Shown here: positions 12,320 through 24,527 of the stretch, one piece after another
Numbering within the stretch: the stretch's first letter is position 1
Layout of the letters: every line of letters starts with the position of its first letter
DNA from: Lingula anatina
Taxonomy: Eukaryota > Animalia > Brachiopoda
Assembly: GCA_051362555.1 (NCBI GenBank)
Contig: CM120642.1
Coordinates: forward strand, 16,368,001 to 16,432,000
DNA length: 64,000 nucleotides
Direction: 5' to 3'
Translations under genes and position numbers: made by a program
Notes under the pieces: generated by a model
Seen by the model: the letters and a program-made list of their open reading frames with translations, nothing else
Told to the model about the DNA's origin: nothing
The model's database searches: none

Positions 12320-15300
12320 TCTGGCACAAGATAGAGCACCTTGACCTCTGTGTTAACCTGGAGCAATGGATACTTAATCAACTTTCTATAGGTCAATACT
12401 TATGTGTACAGCTTTCTCAGATATCATTAAAGATGTAAATCGCAGTACGAAAATGTTCAGAGGCAGAGGTGGGAACGAGTACAATAATAATGACTACCTC
12501 TTGGGGACACACTGGCCTTTTTATCAAGAGAAAATGGTTTGAATTATAACATGCATTAACTTTTTATTGGAAGTATGCAATATTATGGAAATTCTGCCTG
12601 TGTAAAGAGTGATACATGTGTTCTCATCCTCAATTTTGTGTGCATTAATAAGCAATGGATATACAGTAATCAGTAAAGTCTTCACACAGCTCTGATTCAC
12701 AGAACCATTTCATCGATTTGACTGTATAATTATAGTGTTTTGAATTTTGAACCTGGCATATAGTGGATGTGGAACTGGAACAACAGAGAAAGAAAAAACT
12801 CAAGAGCATGAAGGGTATTTTCCTCGTGTAAAGGAGGAGGTGGAGTTCCCTTAATTGTAACATAGCCCCAAAGGAGAGCCAGCATATTATGTGTGTGTTT
12901 GTGTGTATGTACAGTAACTTGTGCAGTTGACCTTAGTCATATACAAGTTCATTCACCGAGTGGACGCACGTTGTCTGTAGTATTCACCATTGGTATTGTT
13001 ATCATAACAGCACATTTGTTTTTAATCTGAGAAAATATGTGTCTAGAGTAACAGCAAATCTGAAGACAGCAAAACTATTGAAGAACTAAGAAGTGAATTT
13101 ATCTGAGAACTCACTATTAAAATGCAGGAATATAAAGATTATGCAAGTTCTTATTCAGTGCTCTGGTAGTAAGGAATTACTTGTATAAAAAAACTTGAGT
13201 TTTCCCGTTTAGCGTTTATGTCACCAATCTGTAGAGGCTCCCTTTATGAAGTGAAAAAAAGTCATTAACGAGGGGTCTGTGTACCTCATTATGGACAATG
13301 TAATACAAGGCCAATTAAGGAAGGAACTTGTGAAGAAGTTACCTATGCAGTAGTCATACGGAGTGAAGATGCCTACTAGGACTGAAAGAGGATATTTGAA
13401 ACAAGCACTTCATTTAGAACTGACTTGCGAGATGATAGTAGTGGCTGGGGTAGCTGTGTGAAGGTCAGACCTTGAAATTATGCAGAAAGTCTAAACTGAT
13501 CACTCTGATATGCCCTTTGACTTTATGAATACATATAAAGTATTTACTGGACAATGGTCAACATAGAACAAATCTGTCAATATTATTTGGACAGGGTGGG
13601 ACGTTTTCAGGCAGTAGAGCTACACCTGTTATGGTTCTTAACGTAAGCTGTTTTGTGTAGTGAGATGATGTTTGAAGCGGAAGACTCAGTCATATGAAAT
13701 GAAAGTTAAACATGGTACTGATGCCAGCAATGATGGTACAGTGGGCAAGAGCGAGTCTTACATCAATGACAGTAATGGTGACATTGCATGATTGCAGGTG
13801 ACAGTGATAACATGGCCTTTGTTATTATGTTGAGTATATTGTTGCCCATATGTCTTCTTTACCACATTATAGATCCCAGACTGAAGTGTAGCATGCATAA
13901 ACTTGTGCAATCATGCATAAATACACACACATTCACATTCAATCCACCACATTGGCACATAGCTAACTTACAGATTACATGGGTATTTGTACGTTCTTTC
14001 CTTGCTAACCTGCAACTGGGAGGCTCAATTACAGTGCGATCCCTCTTGATATATATTTAATATTGCTTGTCTGGTAACTTGAGAGGTTCAGTTTGACCTA
14101 TATGTTACCTGATTTATTCTTATGTAAAATCGGAGCTCTACCTACCCCCCCCCCCCACCCCCACCCCCCTCCAGTCCCCACGGCTACCTTATTATAATGT
14201 AGCAGACTTGCAGCAAAGGTTGGTGAATGCACGCTTGAAGCAACGGTTGAGGCACCAAAAACAAAAAAGAAAAAGAGAATATCTGTGGAGTTTCAAACTT
14301 AGTCATTTTAATATTTATAATTAAGCATGACTTGAAAGAAGAGGGACTTATACAAGGTCATTAATGATGATGATGTGTTAGTCTGGGTGTAGGAAGAGAT
14401 TCAGTTAAGTTCATTCATTTTAATCTGGTATTTTGAACCAAAATATCTAAATGAGTCAAAAAAAAAAGAGTTAAGGAGCGTGAGGCACAAATTTGAAATG
14501 AGTATCTTTCATATGTATGCCAGTGTGTATGTAATTAAGGTGCAATGGGATAGACAGAGCCTCAGTTCAGAAAATTCATTGAAAATTTTGTGGAGTAGTA
14601 TAAACTGCTATTTCAATTCAGAATTGATGCTACATTCTACAATAGTTGAGTTGACTGAACTTCACATTTTATAGTGTAAAAATATTGTACAAAGGCACAT
14701 TGTTGTGCTCACCGAGTCATGTGACAGAATCTGTGTATATGTAATATATTCATCATATTTTTACAGGCTGTGCACAGCTAGTGACCTTTTATTAATGTGA
14801 CTAGGTTTCTAGCTGTGTAACAGGCAGGAATGCAAAGGCGGACATTGTTTAGTCAATGGAAAATTTGAGATTGATTGCATATTAATATAACATTGAGGAT
14901 TATTGTATTTATATATGTACAAATTAGTTGAATGCTGCACCAAGGATTCATGTTTTAACTTGACTATCCATAAGATTATAGATATTAATTATGAACCACC
15001 CCTTATTGCTTCATTATAAATTTTAAGATAAAATATTACTATTTAGGATGCTAAAAAGTTATGTCGGGGATTCTTTCTAAAGAATTTAAGGAATGATAAC
15101 TTCAACAAAGGGACTTATACTGAAAAGGACTTATTTATTTTATTTTATTAATTTGAAAAGAAAAATGTGCATAGGCAGGCCTGAAAATGGATCAACTCAA
15201 ACACATTTTATCCAACAGCAGTGGATGTTTTAGAAATTGTTGAGTTTCTGGGGAAAAAATGGATCTTGTCTACTGAATGTAATGGTCGATCAGGAAAGAG

Positions 15301-16590
15301 GTGTGTTACTTACACTGTCAAGTCGTGGTTCCAGTCAACTTTTTCCACCCAACTGAGCATAGCTGAATTCATTTTATTAGGAAAAGTTCAGAGTTAGTTT
15401 ATAAAATAAACATTTTACCGGCTAAGGTCTGTTGTAATGGGTTATGTCTGCCCAAATTGACTTGAAACATGACTTGGCTGTGTATGAAGAGCCGGTGTAA
15501 TATGGTACTGATACAAGACGATGACAAGTTAATTGTATCAAATGCATTTCACTTTCCTATTGACAGTAATGTAACATACCTAGGGATGTATTGTCTGGTA
15601 TAAGGCATAAAGTGTGAAGACTTGAGAGTGAGGTACATACTGGGTCACCTGGATAGAAACCTAGGTAATCTGTCTGTAGGTGACATGTTAGAGAGGCCCC
15701 ACCACTGTGGTGGGTGCATTATACGGGTTGTACACAGGCTCTTTTGGTTAATCTTGATTTTAAGTGTGTTCCCAGGCCAGTTGTGACAGCCTAATTTAGT
15801 GCACCACTATGGGCACATTCCCAGCGTAACTATCTGTTTATGTAGATCGATCCAACTCCACTGTTTATGTAGATCGATCCAACTCCACAGGGACTCTCAT
15901 GTAGTCAGTTTAACAGATAAACACACTCCCTTCTATCTGGCATTGAGCAGAATACAAAAAGCTGGTGATTCTATGACTACACTGGAAAAAGAGGTGTGTT
16001 CATATGTTTAAATTGCTTGAATTCAGTGAGAGTCCCCGCTACGTAGACCGATAGTTTCATTGGGAATGAGCCCTATATCAGTAAGTGAAAGATTTACGAT
16101 ATTTGAACACATAAAGCCAATAAAACCCCTCTACTGCTACACCCAGTGCAATTCTACATTGAAGTTGCATTTTTTTGCCAAGTGGAGAGATTTATTACAA
16201 AACATAATTATTTGCCATTATGGTTTGCTGAGACATTAGCCTCAGTTGCCACCGAAATGATCATCTCATCTTCGGTGTAGTTGCACCTTAAATTAGGTTG
16301 TCAAAATTTGGCTTTAAACATTTGGGCAGTCCGGGATCCGAAACCAGTTTTAATTAGGCCAGTTACAAACACGTTATACAAGCTAATATGCGACTGGGTT
16401 GAAGTGCACTTTAATTTGTTTTATATCACACCTATTTCTTTATTGCATGAACTGTGGAAAAATTACGTTGATTTTACACTAAACATGAACAGATTCTATA
16501 TATAAATATTATTATATACATATGCATACTATCAGAAATACAGCATTCACTTAAAAAAAGGGTTTTGAGTTTTTGATTGTCTGTGTTAAG

Positions 16591-16622
<32 letters not shown>

Positions 16623-17103
16623 AAATAAAAGGCATCCTGCCTGCCCGCCTTTGAAAATTTTACTAAGTGATATCTTTATCCTCTAGAGCTTCGAACCTTA
16701 AAGGCGATTAATGGTACGAAAAACGTATTGAACTAAATTACTTATTTTAAAATGTTATAAATAGTATGCAGTTGCAATACTAAACGGAAGGAAGTCGGAT
16801 TCATTGAGCACAACATGTGTACCTCTTAATTTGTTTAATATAAAACATCACTAAGATCAAAGACGTGATTAGTGCACCGCGTGGAAGAAATAGGTAAATG
16901 TTGTCGGGAATCGTTAGGGAGTTGACCGTTATACAATTGTATCTTTACCGTGTTCATACCGTAAAGAACTATAAAGCTATGTCTGCAGGCAATGTATCCT
17001 TTGAAATTATTTTTTTATGCATTGACCGGTTGGTGTTAAGGAGTCCAATGCTCTGCATGATGAAAACGTCATAAACTTTGCACCCATACCCAATACAAAC
17101 TTT

Positions 17104-17742
17104 AAGCTAGATTACATATGCCACGGTTGTCGTTCGATGAAATCGTATACGATTTTCCATGCGATTTTTTTTTCATCTTTGACATCGTAAATAGTTACAT
17201 GTTACGACGAGTTGCCTGCAGACACAGCGGGTGCCGTGGCCTTGAGGTCACAGGGAAAAATCGGTTGTCGGTTAAAAAGTGCTCTATTGACGATCGATAC
17301 GTTGTCGCTACAGCCCCCACGATTTTAAGCACCCATTTGGCCATAGCAAGGAAACGCACAATTTTAAATTCATAAAAGTGAATTACTCTAAGTTTTAAAC
17401 ATCTTTATTATCGTTATGGCTCCGAAAACTATCAAAGGTGAAAAGGAAAGACACAAGTAACTCGTTCAACCGTTATCACGATCGCCGCAAGTCCACCTAA
17501 CGATGCCCGTTATGGGAACTGTGCAGTGCCATCGCCGATACTGTTACGGCCTACGGGCCAACGATTTTCAAATTTTGCCCAAGGTTTAACCTTAACAAAA
17601 TCGTAGAGGCTACGGAGGCCGTGAATCCGTACGATTTTGCACGGACACTGGCTGCTTACGTACAGACGCCACACGGAAAAGGATTTACGGGCTGTATACA
17701 AGCACTGTACCGACATCGCATAGGGAATGTAATGTGGGCTTT
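17104..17742. mobile_element. Degenerate non-autonomous DNA transposon (PIF/Harbinger-like MITE)
   Basis: CpG-rich block with imperfect inverted ends (taagctagattacat / atgtaatgtgggcttta), TTA/TAA flanks and repeated cgtacgattt/aaatcgta motifs. Confidence 0.45.
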
Positions 17743-18680
17743 AAAGATAAAATAATTTCGTCGAGTACAAAACGTATGGAGATAGGCCAAACTCTTGACA
17801 GAGAAGAACTCCCGGTCAATCTGCGGATTATCGCAACACCGCTACAATGACTTCTCTGCAAAACTGATACCTTGGTGATTGAGTAGTAACTTTCTTGCTT
17901 TTTGCTTTTAAAAACATATAAATATATTGTTTAACAAGTATTGCAGCACATTCGAAGAGGACTTAATTATTTTTTCTCTGCTATTTAGGGGTGGAAATGT
18001 AAAATCCACACAATGTGAGCCACATGGAAGATTAAAACAACAGCAATGAGATTTTCCATGGTTCATCTGTAAATCCTCCATAACCAAACCACTATATTTA
18101 ATGCGTATTTTTTAAGGAAAGGTGCTAAAATAATTCTGATTTTCTCAAAATGAAGGTCTTTCCATCTTGTTGACCATGCTATCAATTTTGCTTGACCTAA
18201 CTATATTCTGAAAAGAAATCTCAGCGGGTATCCCATTTTGTTGACCATTCCATCAATTTTGCTTGACCGAACTTTATTTTGAAAAACAAACTCAGCGGGT
18301 GTCCTTGTTGACAACAAGCCACCTGGGTGCATACCGGTCCATGCGGTTAGTGTAATTAAGTTTGTTCCTCGTGCCTTATATGGTAATAAATCTCGTTCTG
18401 CTGTCACCTTGATGAGTAAATGAATTTCAAATCGCGTAAACTGACTTAAGTTTATTACACTAGTATATCATTAAGAGAATAAAAAACCAAAAGAATCTGA
18501 TTAGTAATTTTGAGCAAGTAAATATGGGGATTCATTAATGGTATTTAACTTTTTTTTAAGTGAGAGAGTCGTGAGGCGATTGTTTATTTACACATATTTT
18601 AATACAATCACTTGAATGACATAGACTCATATACCTTTTAAATATGGTTTGAGTCGCACGTGTTACAGCACCAGTGAAAG

Positions 18681-19832
18681 CTATAGTTTTGAGATCAATT
18701 TTGTCCAACAAGTATTCAGCGATAATCGAAGCAACTGTGACAGCCCCCTCTGGTTCTGGAGCACTTGGGAAGTGTTCAGCGTTTTATATTCTGCAGAATA
18801 TAGATCATTATTCAGAGTTAATACATCGGTTTCCCGGTACCTGGACACTAAATCGCCCTCGGACATTAAATCACCTGCGCTAAACTGTCCCCAGGTTTCA
18901 GTTATATTAAAACGATAGGCCGATATGGTTTTAGAAGTCAGGTATTCATCCAGAAGCCGTTTGAAACTGTTTGTCACGAGAGCGTCCCATGTAAAGTTAT
19001 CCTTTCCCTTCGAGAGAAATTCTTGATTTTCAGTGGTATCGAACATGTCGAACAACTCTTTCATCCATGTCATGGTAAGGGGGGTTAAGGCGCGGATGGG
19101 GCCTAGAGGGGTGATGTAAATGAACCAGTAATCATCCCCGCCGAAAATGAAATCGTAGTCCGACAGCATGTTTAACTTCGCCTTCAAGCTGCCAAAGCTA
19201 AGGGTATCCGCGTCCATGTATATGCCGCCATATTGGTTCAGCATGGCGGCACGAAAATAATCGGCTTGATGAACGGGGGTTAGAGACGTAAAAGCTGGGT
19301 GGGTGTAGGGAACGCTTTTTTGAAATTCTGTTGCATTTAGCAAATATAATTGAAAATCTTCAAAGTTATGACACAACGCCGTCAATATACACAGTTCGAT
19401 ATACGAGGGCATGGTCGATCCATTCCAATACGTGAACATCAAAGCTTTCCCCTTTCTCTCATAAATTTTCTTCCTAGCGTTGAAAGTTAACTCACTGAGG
19501 GTAATGGAATTAGTGTGAAGATACGGCCAAAGCACTGATCGAATCTCATCGACTTTATCTCCGATGCCTAAAATAGAACCGCCATCGTCATTAGGAGCTG
19601 TCAGCAGATTTTGTAATCCTTTCCAAATTTGTCTTGAAGAAGAAAATATATTACCCGCTTTTATTTCTTTGTCCACGAATGGTTTCGTCTGCCTCACAGT
19701 CTGGTAGCTATTCAGTTTAACATACTCCATTGCCATGAGTAGCGTGATTATTGAAAATACGACGACATTAAAGAAAAGTAGAAAATAAACACCGCACACG
19801 GGTCTTTGGTTTTTAACTAATGCTACTTCCAT
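18681..19832 (-). CDS. Type II membrane glycosyltransferase, DXD motif (GT32 / capsular polysaccharide synthesis-like), single exon
   Basis: 383-aa ORF with an N-terminal TM helix (VYFLLFFNVVVFSIITLLMAM) and motifs FTYWNG..PSYIELC and HQADYFRAAMLNQYGGIYMDAD. TATAAAA on the - strand at ~19964-19970. Confidence 0.9.
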   Translation of the reverse strand: MEVALVKNQRPVCGVYFLLFFNVVVFSIITLLMAMEYVKLNSYQTVRQTKPFVDKEIKAGNIFSSSRQIWKGLQNLLTAPNDDGGSILGIGDKVDEIRSVLWPYLHTNSITLSELTFNARKKIYERKGKALMFTYWNGSTMPSYIELCILTALCHNFEDFQLYLLNATEFQKSVPYTHPAFTSLTPVHQADYFRAAMLNQYGGIYMDADTLSFGSLKAKLNMLSDYDFIFGGDDYWFIYITPLGPIRALTPLTMTWMKELFDMFDTTENQEFLSKGKDNFTWDALVTNSFKRLLDEYLTSKTISAYRFNITETWGQFSAGDLMSEGDLVSRYRETDVLTLNNDLYSAEYKTLNTSQVLQNQRGLSQLLRLSLNTCWTKLISKL

Positions 19833-20921
19833 GTCTTATACTCTCCTCTCTACTTCTCAAGCGTTTTGTTAACTGACGCAGAACTTCGGTCACGTACTGT
19901 TAACCAACCTTAATGGACTCCATCAAACGTTACCATGGCAGCAAAACTATCCCCCTTAACCACCTTTTATATCGCATTTCAAATTAAGAACCTGTTTTAC
20001 TTTGTACTTCAGGTACTGGCTAATCGCAGCAACTTTCTCCTTGTAAACCACAGCACTGTGGATTTATTCTCAATAACAGTAAATCAACATTTTGGTCTTT
20101 TAAGTCTTTTCTTTTGTTGTTGTTGTCACCTTAGGTGCTTAAAGGTGCGTTGGATTTTCACAATATCAACGCCCGTAGTATGGCTTAAAAGATCGTGTGT
20201 AAACTGCGTCTCAGTTGACCGCGTTTTGCGCCCTGCTGTGAGAGGACACTGTATGTTGTGGATGGCACTTTATTTACCGTACAAACGTAGAATCATACCA
20301 CTACTCTGTAACACCACCACTATATACACCTTCGTGGTAAAGAAAAGTACAGTTCGGGCACCGATATGCATCCCCATGATTAGGTCGAAATCTGTCAGTT
20401 TGGAAAATTCCAAAACAATAAACTGTTGAGCTTATGAGAAAAAAAATCACCGGATTGTTTAATTAAATCACAATTGGATTGAAAAAAAGAGCCCATTAAT
20501 TAACGAATAAAAGGTAAAAATCCTACATGAAATCGTTGTGGGTCTAATAAAACATAACTGAAAACACTGGTCATCAGCGGTGACCCTAAGGCACGTTATT
20601 TCGGGTCTATATCCGTTTTGGTATGCATGACAACTCTTCTGTCTTGTATATGGAGCTGACCCTATTCGTTCATCTACAATATGATACAGCCTGAAAGGAA
20701 AAGACGGTAGTAAGACAGTAACAACAGGAAAAGTTGACTTCATAGGCCACACATTCTTCGTGATTTCTACATAGAATTATCAAAACACTTGAACCGTTCG
20801 TTTCTCCATTACGAAATAACGCATGGACATAAAATACTAGTCAGACTAGTACATTACAATTAAGCTGCACAAAAGCAACTGAAAAGTCAAATTAAAAACC
20901 AATCAAACAGTACTACATAAT

Positions 20922-22365
20922 TCAGTTAGGAAATAGTGATATAATATTTTTAAATTGCTTACGTTCGTCGCTTTCATTCTCCTGAATACGTTCTAATTGA
21001 TCTTCTAATCTCAGGTTTTGTCGCTGGAGCATCTCTGCCCTTTCTGTTAAATATCTTGCGGTTTGGTTTTGATACTGATTGCGTTCTTTCAGCATTTCTA
21101 GATCGTGCTGAAGGTGCTGGTTGGTACGTTGCATTTCCATAGCCTGACTCTTGGCTTCTCTTATAATTCGACTTATTTCTTTTTCGTGTTTCACACGCAA
21201 AGCTCCATTTTCAGTTTTCAGTTCTTTGAATTGGCGGCAATATCTCTCGTCTTTACGACGTACTTGGGTTTTAAATTCTTCGAAATTTCTCTCCAAAATT
21301 TTACGCTGCTCCCTTTGTTGATCCACCCTTTGTCGCTGTTCATCAATTTCTTGATTTTTCCTGGTAATTTCCGTCGCGTTTACTTCGATGGTCGTTCTGA
21401 GATCCCCGATTTCAGACTTATATTCCTCTAATGCTGCCATGATAATTTTTGGTGGGCCTTTATGGGGGCATCTTCCAAACAAACTGATAACCTTTTCCAC
21501 ATCCTTATCAAAACGCTCAAGTCCATCTTCGTCAGTATACGGGTTTTCCTCTAAATTGGTCAGAACATAAGCCTCGTGCAGTGTTTTGATTATCCGTTGG
21601 CAAAGTGTTCTTGAATCCTCCTCATTAATTTTTTGGAGAAATTTGTAATCCTTGTCGATGGCCTCCTGATGAAACAAACAGTTTGTCAGTTTTACAATCA
21701 AAGCAGTGAGTTATCTATTGAGAACAAATAAAATTTAGATTGTCTGGACAAAATTTCTTGATAAAAATCAAACGAACACCACGGAGGTTATACACTCTAG
21801 GTCAAATAGGCTGTAGTAAGGTAATATAGGTAGTAGTAAGTATATCTGTAGTAAGTAAATACTGGACAGTGAAGCAATAAATATGCTTATATCATAATAA
21901 AACTGTTGTTTTTACAGCTAGGATTTGGCATATTGTAAAACTGTAATAACCTTAAATTTACCTTTAATTTTCTAAACCCGTCTGCCTTGTCGTCGAAAAC
22001 TACGTATTTATCAAACTCTGGTTTTACGATTGTTTTAAATGTCTGGTCGTGGTGTTTGTCCAGCTGTCTTTCTGTCACAGGGAAATCCTCCTTCAACACG
22101 TTCATTGAGAGCCTGTACATTTCTAGTGCGGCTTCTATACCTTTGCTACATTCAGTTTTGGAAAGAGCCTCCAGTGTACTCAGGGCTGTTGGAATATAAC
22201 CGCTTTCAAATGCCTTGAGGCAGTCTCGTATCAGCGTGCCGAGCACTGAAATGGAACAAGTGAATAACTTCATATAAAATCAGTTTTCTACAGGTATAGG
22301 CCTAAACGGATATATTTTAACAACTATCGTATTTTAATCATATTGTTAAACTGAATATGGACAAA

Positions 22366-22406
<41 letters not shown>

Positions 22407-23246
22407 CTTGCACATCTACTTTTGTCGATTGTGATATTTGGATTCATGATCATTGTCTTTCACGTAACTGACAAAAATTGACATGTAATTAAAGGTCCAC
22501 TGCCATGAAATAGGCCACTTCTTTAATTGTCTCAGTACATAATTCAATTAACAAATGAACAAACAGATGAAAGCCTTAATAACAAAAACTATATTGTGCG
22601 TATGAAGTGAAAACGAGTGCATGAATGAACAGATAAAAACAACAAACAAAGTAAAAACTTAAAATGTTATCTAAATTTTTTCAAGCAATACCCACCTCTA
22701 CCAATGAACACCTTTCCTTGAATAGATTTCGGTTTCACCTCTTTGTGGATCCTGTCGCATATATCGTTGACCCCCTTGACGAAATTTGGTTTCAAATCCT
22801 CCTCTCCCAGTTCCTCTAAAGCGCTCAGCTTTTCCTCTTCGGTCGGGCGGGGCAAAACGAAACACGCTCTGTTTGGAAAATAGGATTTCACGGCGTCTTT
22901 GGTGGCATTGCGGGTTCTTGTTTCCTTGTTGTGGCCAAATTTTGTCTTCAGGCAGCGTTCCAGGTACTCATCAGGACTGCAACGTTCCCCGTCCATGACA
23001 AGCTCGAGCGTGAAGTCTCGCACAACGATGTACAGCGCTGGAAACAATTGCAGCACGTCTGTGTCTCGGCCAGAACCCATCTTTTCCACCATGTGCTGCG
23101 ACAGGTTTGCGATAAGTCTTAAAGTGCGTTAAGGCAATGAAACTTTCAACAGGCTGGCAATAACGTTCAATATCTACAAAAAGTGTGACATAAATAAAAC
23201 ACATTTGTTCAGTTAGTAAATTGGTAGAAATAGAGTAGACAAGTGC

Positions 23247-23284
<38 letters not shown>

Positions 23285-23895
23285 ATTTTCCCACATATGT
23301 TATCAAATTGTAAAATCAGAAAAGGATACTCCAATTTGTCCACCTTTTCCGCATCAAACACCCCTTGACAGTTATACAGCAGGCACCCGCTGATCAGAAC
23401 AGTCAGAACAAATATACAGTTGTCTCTATCACAGCATCCGTCCGCTGCGTGGGCCAGACCCTCTGTATCCAACAGTAACAAAGACAAATTTGCATCTTTT
23501 GGGTGTGGTACCAGCCAGGCCCATATCCCCTTAGTCTTGGAGTCGAGAGTCGACCCTAAATCAAAACCTGACTGCCGTCCGAGAAGACGGTTCATCAGCA
23601 ACGATTTCCCGGTGCGGGCGGGTCCGATAACCCCCACGCACACCACCGGCTGAGTGCAGTTTTCTATGGTCCTCATGGTGTCCTCGTTTAGCTGCAATTT
23701 TCCGTTACTATCTACAGTCAGCAGCGGTTGCGGCTCTGTCATATACTGCTTCAGCTCCACAGGCGATGACGGCTCTTGGCGTGTGGTGGCTATAGGGTAA
23801 CTAGAAGCTCCCTGGGTCGTGTCATCACTTGGGTATCTGGATGCCCCATATGGGGATACCCTCAAAGGAATACCTTCACTCTTAGGTCGAAACAT
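20922..23895 (-). CDS. GBP: Guanylate-binding protein (GB1/RHD3-type large GTPase) with C-terminal coiled coil
   Basis: Exons 23330-23895, 22696-23117, 21962-22245 and 20922-21665 join in frame. Motifs: G1 GPARTGKS, G2 SKTKGIW, G3 LLDTEG, G4 VVRDF, FPNRACFVLPRP. Long heptad-rich tail, no CAAX. Confidence 0.93.
23118..23329 (-). other. U12-type (minor spliceosome) GT-AG intron in GBP
   Basis: 5' splice site GTATCCTTTT at 23329. Branch site gCCTTAAC at 23128-23134, ~10 nt from the AG at 23118, with no polypyrimidine tract. Splicing restores the frame (DKLE|LIANLSQH). Confidence 0.9.
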
Positions 23896-24428
23896 CTAGT
23901 GAAGACATAGATAAGACAAGAAATCTTTGTGTTAAGTAAATATAGAATCTGAATTGTAATAGCAACAGTCTTGAACTAGTAACTATTGTGACTCACATAT
24001 CAGTAGTTTAAGTAATAGTATTTTTTTTTTATTTACATTTTCGCGATTGTACATGTATAAACTTAGATACAATGCACTTTCAGATTCGTCAGTTAACTAC
24101 ACAACGACTCTTGTCGCGAAAACAATTCCTTTTCAATGCCATTTAACTTTTAGATTACACATTTTAGGTAAGATAAACAGAGGATTGTAGGTTATATTGT
24201 CAGCCATGCTGTTACCTACAACAGTACATGTATTGTAAACAATTCACTTCGGTTTAAGTAAGAAAAAGAAACAGCGGCATTCTGTAAGCCAGTAAAAACA
24301 CCTGACTAAGTCCAATTTTTGCGTCAAATTTGAACGATTGAAAAATCCCTATTGTTAGATCTACCAGAAAACCAATGTATGGAAAATAGCATTAAGCGAT
24401 CGATATAACTAGAGCTATACACTATGTA

Positions 24429-24496
24429 TTTTTATGTACAGACACAGATGTGTCTGTACATATAGCCATCATCTGCATCTGTCGTCGCCGTCGCCG

Positions 24497-24527
<31 letters not shown>

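Noticed and set aside
19935-20752. 164-aa and 94-aa ORFs between the GT and GBP
   Set aside because: No recognisable motifs; they overlap the GT promoter and the GBP 3' region.
21105-23653. Plus-strand ORFs overlapping GBP (also those over the GT, NHL and IK)
   Set aside because: Antisense shadows of real coding exons.
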